Notes under the pieces: generated by a model
Databases searched by the model: none
Told to the model about the DNA's origin: nothing
What the model saw: the letters and a program-made list of their open reading frames with translations, nothing else
Program-made: the position numbers and the translations under genes
Part shown: positions 14,929 to 21,283 of the stretch, piece after piece
How the letters are laid out: the number at the start of each line of letters is the position of its first letter
Numbering within the stretch: the stretch's first letter is position 1
IMG/VR virus record: IMGVR_UViG_3300019132_000022
Coordinates: 1-37,795 of that record
Length of the DNA stretch: 37,795 nucleotides
Source: a virus
Strand: one strand, 5' to 3'

Positions 14929-15120
14929 CTACTCCGGCAGGTTGGGGAGGAGGGCTCGGATGCGGGCGGCTTCGGCGCGGTGGCTCTCGGTCACAGCATC
15001 CGCCACGCGCTTGCTGCCCTTGTCGGCGTAGGGGTCCGTGGAGACGAGGTCCCACTCGTCCGCCCATTTCTCCAGCCGCTCCGCTCGTTGCTGCGCTTCA
15101 GCTTTGGTCTTGAAGGTCAT
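14929..15120 (-). CDS. Small helical protein (63 aa from MTFKTKAEAQ)
   Basis: Internal ATG 15120 of ORF 14929..15186, 5 nt downstream of the GACAAT of promoter motif 15126-15154. Confidence 0.6.
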   Translation of the reverse strand: MTFKTKAEAQQRAERLEKWADEWDLVSTDPYADKGSKRVADAVTESHRAEAARIRALLPNLPE

Positions 15121-15125
15121 GCGGA

Positions 15126-15154
15126 ATTGTCGAAGCGGCCCCGGAGGAGTTGCG
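15126..15154 (-). promoter_or_regulatory. Promoter-like motif CGCAACTCC-N14-GACAAT (family member 5)
   Basis: Minus strand: CGCAAC tcctccggggccgcttc GACAAT tccgc ATG(15120). Confidence 0.55.
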
Positions 15155-15504
15155 AAGGAATCGACGGGGTCAGAGATGACCCACACCCCAACCTATAGTT
15201 CTCGCCCATCCATAGGAATTACCTCATTGACTCCCACCCATGCGCACGTGCGACATCTTCTCCCGCGCGTCCGACGCTGCCCCGGTGGACTCCCTCCGCG
15301 TCCGAGAGCCGCTGCGGTCGCCCTGCTGCGGGCTTCCCCCGCAAGACGAACGACGCCGCTGAGTCATCCGCTCGCAGCCGTACCGCGAGCGGTGACTCGC
15401 GCCCCCCCCGGCGCGTGGGAGGGCCCCCGGAGGGTGCGGCTTCGTCGGCTTCTCCGTCGGGCACTGGTGCCGAGACTCCACCAGCAGAGAAATTCGGCGG
15501 CGCG
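15155..15504. other. Hairpin-rich non-coding spacer between divergent motif promoters (possible structured RNA or regulatory region)
   Basis: No convincing ORF. Hairpins: gggtca/tgaccc 15166-15181; gcggg/cccgc 15328-15342; ccgctcgc/gcgagcgg 15368-15392; cgcgcc/ggcgcg 15398-15415. Palindrome ggcac-tg-gtgcc at 15460-15471. Confidence 0.4.
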
Positions 15505-15533
15505 CGCAACTCCGCGGCGGACTGCCCGACAAT
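15505..15533 (+). promoter_or_regulatory. Promoter-like motif CGCAACTCC-N14-GACAAT (family member 6)
   Basis: Plus strand: CGCAAC tccgcggcggactgccc GACAAT, 35 nt upstream of ATG 15569. Confidence 0.55.
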
Positions 15534-15568
15534 CCACGCATACCCGACACACACGGAGCCGACACCCC

Positions 15569-15823
15569 ATGCTCAACCTCAAGACGCTTTCTGATGACGC
15601 CGCCTCGCTGGGCCTCAAGTGCTACCTGGAGGGTGGCCGAACGAAACTCGAGGGCTCCATTGCTGAGGTGAGGCGCGTACTGGCTGCGCAGGGGTGCGAC
15701 TTCGCACCGTTCGGCACCATGTCCCACAGCCTTTACATCGGCGACGCGCACACGTCGGAAACGCTCGTTGCGGTGCTCTGCTTCGATGCGGCATCCAATT
15801 ACGCCTACGCCTACACGGTGTGA
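15569..15823 (+). CDS. Hypothetical protein (84 aa from MLNLKTLSDD)
   Basis: Internal ATG of ORF 15038..15823, downstream of the promoter motif. The upstream part of the ORF is Arg/Pro junk. Confidence 0.65.
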   Translation: MLNLKTLSDDAASLGLKCYLEGGRTKLEGSIAEVRRVLAAQGCDFAPFGTMSHSLYIGDAHTSETLVAVLCFDAASNYAYAYTV

Positions 15824-15886
15824 GTGGCGGAAATGAATCGGAAATGCCGAGGAAACTCCGGCGGGGTGAGGCGCGAGAATGGAGGC

Positions 15887-16132
15887 ATGAGTACTCGCCT
15901 CCCACTCATCCGACCCGGCACCCCAGTACGCATTGGCTCTACCGTCGGGCACGTCCGCTCCTTCTCTCGTGGCGCCTGGAGCGGCTCGGTACTGGTGGAG
16001 CACGTTTATGAGTGGGGGACGCGCGCCTTCGTCTGGAGCGTCCACCGCGACTCGCTGGAGGTACTCGCTGGGCCGCCCCTCTCGCTCGAGATGCTTGAAA
16101 CACTGTCCGCCCGCGCCGTACTGAGGAAGTGA
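15887..16132 (+). CDS. Hypothetical protein (81 aa from MSTRLPLIRPG)
   Basis: Internal ATG of ORF 15824..16132, preceded by GGAGG. Confidence 0.65.
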   Translation: MSTRLPLIRPGTPVRIGSTVGHVRSFSRGAWSGSVLVEHVYEWGTRAFVWSVHRDSLEVLAGPPLSLEMLETLSARAVLRK

Positions 16133-17085
16133 GAAATGGCATGGCTTTACGTCCCCCCGCCACCTGCATCAGCGTCTGCTCCGGCGTCGGAGGTCTCGAC
16201 CTCGGACTCCACTCCGCCACGGGAATGGAGCCTGTGGTGTACATCGAGCGGGAAGCCCACTCTGCGGCCGTCCTCGTGGCCAGGATGGAAGAAGCGGCTC
16301 TGTCACGAGCGCCTATCTGGGACGACGTGTGCACCTTCGATGCTCGACCGCTGGTGGGACTCGTGGATTGCGTCGCGGGCGGAACGCCGTGCCAAGACCT
16401 CTCCCTCGCCGGCAAGCGGGCTGGACTTGACGGAGCGCGCTCCCGCCTCTTCTTCGAGCACGTCCGACTTGCCCGAGAATGCGAGGCGCCCTTCATTTTC
16501 TGGGAGAACGTTGCCGGGGCAGCTGGAGTTATTCCCGCCGTCGCCGAGCACCTCCACGCTGTCGGCTATGAGCGCATCGTCTGGACCGACGTGCGTGCGA
16601 GTGATGTGGAGGCCCCCCACCGGCGCGCCCGCGTCTTCCTTCTGGCCTACTCCCAGAGCTTCGGAGAACGAGAACCGCACAACGACCAACGCCCCGAGTC
16701 ACGGGAACGGCCACGGCAAGACGCTGGCCGGGGCGTCCTGCGACGCGATGAGGGAATGGCCGACGCCGAACGCCAGGGACTGGAAGGACAACGGGGACGG
16801 CGTGGACTGGGCGAAGGTGGACGCCCGCTCGAAACTGGCGGGGGCGGCCGTCGTGTCTTCCCTCCAGCGCGAGACGACCTCGCCACCTGGGGGCAAGTCC
16901 TTGCCGCCCGGCCGGACCTCGCTCCGGCTGTCTCCGGACTTCGCCGACTGGATGATGGGCTGGGAGCCCGGCTGGACGTGTGCCTGTGCCCGAGGGAGGA
17001 CCGGCTACGTGCTGCTGGAAACGGCGTCGTCCCCCAGCAAGCAGCCCTCGCATGGCGAATCCTGTGGGGCGTGCTCAATCACTGA
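16129..17085 (+). CDS. DNA (cytosine-5)-methyltransferase whose conserved motifs are split between two reading frames (A to B to A); possibly frameshifted or a pseudogene
   Basis: Frame A (16129..) carries CSGVGGLDLG (motif I), GGTPCQDLS (IV), FIFWENV (VI), HRRARVFLLA (VIII) and, at the end, RLRAAGNGVVPQ (X). Frame B (16136..17089) carries WPTPRASE (16643-), WPTPNARDWKD (16757-) and DFADWMMGWEPGWT (16937-16978). Both frames are open throughout. Confidence 0.8.
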   Translation: MRNGMALRPPATCISVCSGVGGLDLGLHSATGMEPVVYIEREAHSAAVLVARMEEAALSRAPIWDDVCTFDARPLVGLVDCVAGGTPCQDLSLAGKRAGLDGARSRLFFEHVRLARECEAPFIFWENVAGAAGVIPAVAEHLHAVGYERIVWTDVRASDVEAPHRRARVFLLAYSQSFGEREPHNDQRPESRERPRQDAGRGVLRRDEGMADAERQGLEGQRGRRGLGEGGRPLETGGGGRRVFPPARDDLATWGQVLAARPDLAPAVSGLRRLDDGLGARLDVCLCPREDRLRAAGNGVVPQQAALAWRILWGVLNH

Positions 17086-17108
17086 TTAATTCGTCCGGAA
17101 ATTCGGGA

Positions 17109-17138
17109 CGCAACTCCGAGATGTCCTGGCTCGATGAT
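17109..17138 (+). promoter_or_regulatory. Promoter-like motif CGCAACTCC-N15-GATGAT (family member 7; 18-nt hexamer spacing)
   Basis: Plus strand: CGCAAC tccgagatgtcctggctc GATGAT, upstream of ATG 17176. It lies right after the methyltransferase stop. Confidence 0.45.
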
Positions 17139-17175
17139 TGTGTATCCCAGCGCGGCGCTGCCGCAGGAGAGACAC

Positions 17176-17334
17176 ATGGACTACCACAAGCTCAGCACCG
17201 AAGCCCTGAAGCAGATTGAGGCCACCGCCCGCCAGGAGATTCAGAAGGGCGAAGCGCAGAGCACCAGCAAGCGCATCATGAAGGCGCGTTACGGTGTCCT
17301 CGGTGCGGTGAGCGCAGTCCTCGCGACGCGGTAG
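17176..17334 (+). CDS. Small protein (52 aa, MDYHKLSTEALKQIEATARQEIQKGE...)
   Basis: Internal ATG of ORF 17134..17334, preceded by GCAGGAGAG. Confidence 0.6.
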   Translation: MDYHKLSTEALKQIEATARQEIQKGEAQSTSKRIMKARYGVLGAVSAVLATR

Positions 17335-17346
17335 GCAACACCAACC

Positions 17347-17372
17347 AGCGGGGCGCCAGCACGGGCCCCGCT
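17347..17372 (+). terminator. Stem-loop between the small ORF and the late genes
   Basis: agcggggc (17347-17354) pairs with gccccgct (17365-17372). No U-tract. Confidence 0.45.
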
Positions 17373-17385
17373 AACGGAGGATGAG

Positions 17386-17844
17386 ATGGGCTACCGCATG
17401 CCAAGCGGATATGTAGGACGGGCGCAGCACCAGCCGAGCAGTATCAACCCGGAGGCAGGCGTTTGCGGAGCGGCGCGGCGGAGCTTTCGACGCATCGCGT
17501 TGGCGGCATCTCCGGGTCGCGTCTCATGCGAGCGCTGTCACGACAGGATGGCCGTTGCGCTGCTGTCCGCCCTCCGGTTGCTCGCGCCTGCTACGCGGGT
17601 TCAGGTGCCTACGGGCGTTAATGACCTCGTGCGACTCCTGGGGGACGCGGGCGGGTGCGCGGTTGCGGTCTACGGCTCTGGCCGTCAAGCGGATACAGAC
17701 GGGCGCTCTGTAAGCGCCGCACTGTCGCGGGGTCTCATTCATCGCATAGGCGGGCGCGCATATGCGTTCGCCCTTACCGGCGCCGGGTGGCGCCACTACC
17801 ACGCCCCGTCCGTAACGCGAGAGCCCATCCGCGAGACGCAGTAG
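17386..17844 (+). CDS. Hypothetical protein with atypical codon usage (152 aa)
   Basis: ORF track with an RBS (ACGGAGG). More A/T-ending codons than its neighbours. Its position before the TerS-like gene is compatible with a DNA-binding or packaging accessory role. Confidence 0.5.
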   Translation: MGYRMPSGYVGRAQHQPSSINPEAGVCGAARRSFRRIALAASPGRVSCERCHDRMAVALLSALRLLAPATRVQVPTGVNDLVRLLGDAGGCAVAVYGSGRQADTDGRSVSAALSRGLIHRIGGRAYAFALTGAGWRHYHAPSVTREPIRETQ

Positions 17845-17910
17845 CAGCACGGCCCGCCGGGGCCTCCCCGGCGCCTTGCCACCCCGGCCTCCCCGTGCGA
17901 CCATGTAGGC

Positions 17911-18483
17911 ATGGCACCTGAGAGCAGGACGGCTCACGCACCCGAGCCCGAAAGAGACCCATCGGGGAGGTGGCAGGCGGGCGGGCCCTCCCCCAACCCT
18001 GGCGGCCTGTCCCGCTCGCACCGGGAACTCCGGAAGGCGTTCGCGGAGCGGGTGCCCGACGCACTGGCCCAGGTGGACAAGTGGCTGAAGTCCGACGACT
18101 TCGAGCAGCAGCGCGCGGCGGTGGAGACGGTGCTCACCCGCGCCCTCGGAAAGCCCGCGAAGTCGTCGGAGTTGCCCCCGCTGGAGTCGTCTCCCGCTGT
18201 CGCACCTGAGCAGGCGGACACCGGGGCCATGCTCGTGGAGGTGCGGCACATGCTGGCGCGCGGGCTGTCCGTGCTGAAGTCGCAGCAGGAGGCCGGGGAA
18301 CTCGGGCCGGACGGACTGGAGTCCCTCGGGCGGCTCGGTCACTCCCTTGGAGTGCTCGTGGAGACGGAAGCGAAGGCAGCGCGGGCGTCGAAACTGTCCG
18401 CCCTGTCCGTGGATGAACTCGTGGATCTCATCCCGCTCGAGGTGCTCGAGGCGGCGGTGACGAAGAGGAAGGCGGGGACATGA
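17911..18483 (+). CDS. Putative small terminase subunit / DUF5681-like protein
   Basis: GRWQAGGPSPNPGGLSRSHRELRKAF resembles the G.SGNP.GR motif of DUF5681-type TerS proteins. It lies upstream of terL. Confidence 0.5.
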   Translation: MAPESRTAHAPEPERDPSGRWQAGGPSPNPGGLSRSHRELRKAFAERVPDALAQVDKWLKSDDFEQQRAAVETVLTRALGKPAKSSELPPLESSPAVAPEQADTGAMLVEVRHMLARGLSVLKSQQEAGELGPDGLESLGRLGHSLGVLVETEAKAARASKLSALSVDELVDLIPLEVLEAAVTKRKAGT

Positions 18484-18659
18484 GGAAGGGGAGATGCTAC
18501 CGCTGCGGACGTCGGAAGCCGCGGGCGCGGTTGGTTCCGATGCCATGTCATCATCCTCTGGACAGGGCATGGAGATGCGAGGAATGGATGTCCTGCGTCG
18601 CGGCGTTGCGACGCGAGCGCGATCGATATGACCGGCGCGCGGCGGGCGTCCGCCGATGA
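18480..18659 (+). CDS. Unlisted 59-aa Zn-ribbon-like ORF (MRKGRCYRCGRRKPRARLVPMPCHHPLDRAWRCEEWMSC...)
   Basis: Below the ORF-track size cut-off. ATG 18480 overlaps the TerS-like stop (ATGA), and its TGA 18657-18659 overlaps the ATG of the GNAT gene (ATGA). Contains CxxC...CHH...C. Confidence 0.55.
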   Translation: MRKGRCYRCGRRKPRARLVPMPCHHPLDRAWRCEEWMSCVAALRRERDRYDRRAAGVRR

Positions 18660-19102
18660 CCCCTCTCGCTCGCCACGGTCCCCTGCTGCTGGTGCACGCC
18701 GGGCCGGAGGTGCACGGCTTCGTCGTGGACACGTGGTGCAAATCCTACGAGCCCGCGGCGTGCGCCATGGCGGGCCTGCCGAAGCCGGAGAGCCTCCCGC
18801 CGGGCTTCCGCCGCCTGCTATGCGCTGGGCTGTACGCTCGCGTAAAGGCGACGCTCGGCAGGGCGCGGGTGCTCGCCGCCGTGGCCGAGGAGGCGCCCGC
18901 CGTCGTCCTGGGTTACGTCGTCTGCGAGGAGGCGCCCGCCGGGACGGTGGTGCACTACGTCTATGTGGGCGCTACCGTCCGACGCCAGGGCGTCGCAGCC
19001 GCGCTCCTTGAGGCGTGCAGCGCCCGGGGCGGGGCGTATACTCACCACACCTCGGCTGGGGCTCCGCTCGCGCGGCGCTTCGGCCTCGTCTTCTCGCCGT
19101 AA
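18656..19102 (+). CDS. GNAT-family N-acetyltransferase-like protein
   Basis: VHYVYVGATVRRQGVAAALLE fits the GNAT motif A (R/Q-x-x-G-x-A/G), and the size (148 aa) is right. Confidence 0.65.
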   Translation: MTPLARHGPLLLVHAGPEVHGFVVDTWCKSYEPAACAMAGLPKPESLPPGFRRLLCAGLYARVKATLGRARVLAAVAEEAPAVVLGYVVCEEAPAGTVVHYVYVGATVRRQGVAAALLEACSARGGAYTHHTSAGAPLARRFGLVFSP

Positions 19103-19114
19103 GGAGTCACATCC

Positions 19115-19339
19115 ATGAGCATTAAGTCCGTCCTGCTGGCCGCCCCCATCCGTATTGGCACCGCCCCAGCGTCGAAGAAGTACGAGGCCGGGGAGGGTGT
19201 CGCCATCGCCTCCCAGGCCCCGTTCATCGTCATCAGCCGCACCGACGGCGAGGACGTGCACTCCGTTGGCATCCCCGCCGCGTCCGTCGTCCTGGTGGAG
19301 TACGCCGTGACGAAGGTTGAGAAGAAGGGCAAGGCGTAG
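19115..19339 (+). CDS. Hypothetical protein (74 aa)
   Basis: ORF track, preceded by TAAGGAG. Confidence 0.7.
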   Translation: MSIKSVLLAAPIRIGTAPASKKYEAGEGVAIASQAPFIVISRTDGEDVHSVGIPAASVVLVEYAVTKVEKKGKA

Positions 19340-19341
19340 CC

Positions 19342-19569
19342 GTGGCGACCATCCCGCCCGTGATGGTGCGCGGCGCGCAGGTGGGCGACGTCATCGCCCA
19401 TGGACCGGCGCCGCTTCAGGCGTCCCCAGACGCCGCCGTGATGCCGCGCTACGCCGTCTCGGACGGCTGCTGGACCGTCGGCATCGGCGCCGCGCCGCAC
19501 GCCCTGGGCGCGCTGCCTGACGCCTGCCTCACCTGTGCGGCGAAGCGGAAGCAGGACGCGCAGGGGTGA
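19342..19569 (+). CDS. Hypothetical protein (75 aa, GTG start)
   Basis: ORF track. Its stop overlaps the terL GTG (GTGA). Confidence 0.55.
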   Translation: MATIPPVMVRGAQVGDVIAHGPAPLQASPDAAVMPRYAVSDGCWTVGIGAAPHALGALPDACLTCAAKRKQDAQG

Positions 19570-21038
19570 GCGCCGGGGTGCACAGCGTTTTCGTGGAGCT
19601 GGCCGGGCGCTTCCACCGGCCGAAGTTCCATGACGGGCCGCCCGCGCGGCTCCAGGACTTCCTCGGCACTCTCTTCCAGGTGCAGCGGGAAGTCCTGGCG
19701 TGTCCCGCGCGCAAGGTGGCGGCGCTGTGCACCCGGCGAGCTGGGAAAACCACCATGGTCCCCGCCGCGCTCTTCCAGGCGGCGGAGGAGAACCCGGGCT
19801 GCGTCGTCATGTTCATGGGGCGCACTCGCGAGCGTGCCCGGGAACTCGCCTGGGAGAACCTGAAGGCGGCAAACGACGAGTACCGGCTCGGATACTCCGC
19901 CAACGACACCCGACTGACGCTGCGACACCCGAAGAACGGGGCGGAAATCCGCCTACGCGGCGCGGATGATATCCGGGAGTTGGAGAAGTACCGCGGCGAC
20001 AAGCTCGCCTTCGCCGTCATCGACGAAGCCCAGTCCTTCGCGGAGGCCATTCTCCGAAAGCTCATCGAGGACGTGCTCTGGCCCGCTCTCCTCGACGTCT
20101 CCGGCCGCCTGCTGTTGCTGGGCACCCCGGGCTACATCTGCCAGGGCCTATGGTACGAAATCACCCGCAACGAGGACGCGAAGAGCCGGGCAGAGCGCGC
20201 GCAGGGCTGGCACGTGGTGGAGTGGAGCGGCCTGGACAACCCGAGCCTCAACCACAAGGGCCAGCGCCTCTCGGACCTCTTCCGGGAGGAGTTGGAAGCG
20301 CTCGAGCGTGACCCGGCGAAGGGGCCCCGGCACCCCAGCGTCATCCGCGAGTATCGGGGCCGCTGGTGCCAGGACTTGAAGGGCCTCTATTACGCCTTCG
20401 ACCCGGAGCGGAACCTCTACGACGGCACCTTGCCTGATGGGCACCATTGGTCCTATGTCATGGGGGTGGACATCGGGAAGGCGTACGCCCGCGTTACCTG
20501 GGCTTTCTCCGAGACCCACCCCGTCATGTACGAGGTGGATGGGCTCAAGGCGCACGACACCAACGCCAACCGCTGGCGGGAGCACACCCGCGACGGGCAG
20601 CGCCGCTTCCCGGTGGAGGCGACCCCCGTGGACTACGGCGGGCTGGGCGTGGGCATCATCGAGGCGTGGCAGGAGGACGGGCTTCCCGTGGAGCCCGCCG
20701 AGAAGCAGAACAAGGACGCCTTCGTGATGCTCATCAACGCGGAGTTGGAGGCGGGCCGCATCAAGGCACTGAAGGGCGGAGCTCTGGCCGGGGAGTGGGC
20801 CACCCTGCCGAGAGACCCTGACAGCCCCCCAGGCAAGCCGCCTCAGCCAAAACCGGGGTTTGACGACCACTCCAGCGATGCGGCGTTGTACGGGGCCCGC
20901 AGGGCGCTCCAGCGGCGTGGGCAGGAGGACAAGCCCGCCCCTCGGCCCGGGAGTGCAGAAGCGAAGCGGGCGGCCGTGCTACAAGAGCAGGAGGCGTTTC
21001 TGAGGAGGCAGCGCACATGGACGGACGAGGCGTGGTGA
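19566..21038 (+). CDS. terL: Terminase large subunit
   Basis: Walker A TRRAGKTT, Walker B FAVIDEAQ, nuclease-domain-like GVDIGKAY and DDHSSDAALY. 490 aa. Confidence 0.9.
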   Translation: MSAGVHSVFVELAGRFHRPKFHDGPPARLQDFLGTLFQVQREVLACPARKVAALCTRRAGKTTMVPAALFQAAEENPGCVVMFMGRTRERARELAWENLKAANDEYRLGYSANDTRLTLRHPKNGAEIRLRGADDIRELEKYRGDKLAFAVIDEAQSFAEAILRKLIEDVLWPALLDVSGRLLLLGTPGYICQGLWYEITRNEDAKSRAERAQGWHVVEWSGLDNPSLNHKGQRLSDLFREELEALERDPAKGPRHPSVIREYRGRWCQDLKGLYYAFDPERNLYDGTLPDGHHWSYVMGVDIGKAYARVTWAFSETHPVMYEVDGLKAHDTNANRWREHTRDGQRRFPVEATPVDYGGLGVGIIEAWQEDGLPVEPAEKQNKDAFVMLINAELEAGRIKALKGGALAGEWATLPRDPDSPPGKPPQPKPGFDDHSSDAALYGARRALQRRGQEDKPAPRPGSAEAKRAAVLQEQEAFLRRQRTWTDEAW

Positions 21039-21283
21039 ACGACAACCCCGAGGCGGTGGCGGCGTTGCTCGTCGTGCTGCGCTCGCACGACGTGGCGCGG
21101 TACGAGCGGGACGCTAGCGGGGCCATCCGCGTGGAGTTCTACGCCCCCGCGCCAAAGGCTGCGCCTCTGTTCGCGCCCACTCAGCAGGAGGAGAACCCGC
21201 CGGACGCCGCTGTATCGGAGTCGCGGCTGTCCGCCCTGCCCGCCACGGACCCTCTCTTTGACGGCGTGGGGGGCTCGCCGTGA
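21017..21283 (+). CDS. Hypothetical protein (88 aa; alternative GTG start at 21035 in a GTGA overlap with the terL stop)
   Basis: ORF track. Its stop overlaps the portal GTG. Confidence 0.55.
   Translation: MDGRGVVNDNPEAVAALLVVLRSHDVARYERDASGAIRVEFYAPAPKAAPLFAPTQQEENPPDAAVSESRLSALPATDPLFDGVGGSP

Noticed and set aside
15460-15471. GGCAC within the palindrome as a sigma54 -24 box
   Set aside because: No TTGC -12 element follows at the required spacing.
15155-15504. attP site or tRNA gene in the long spacer
   Set aside because: No integrase is present to use an attP. I could not fold any cloverleaf with conserved T-loop or D-loop features by eye. A tRNAscan or Rfam run would be needed to exclude these formally.
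15219-15554. 111-aa minus-strand ORF in the spacer as a real gene
   Set aside because: It would run through promoter motif 15505-15533 and has no RBS. Its product is Ala/Gly/Arg/Pro-rich low complexity. It is kept only as a caveat in the spacer finding.
16136-17089. The frame-B 317-aa ORF treated as an independent gene, or the frame-A 318-aa ORF treated as an intact methyltransferase
   Set aside because: Neither frame alone contains all the C5-MTase motifs. The frame-B N-terminus is Pro/Ser junk. The frame-A middle section is Arg/Gly junk, while the conserved WPTP and GWT motifs lie in frame B there. It is treated as one gene with two frame changes.
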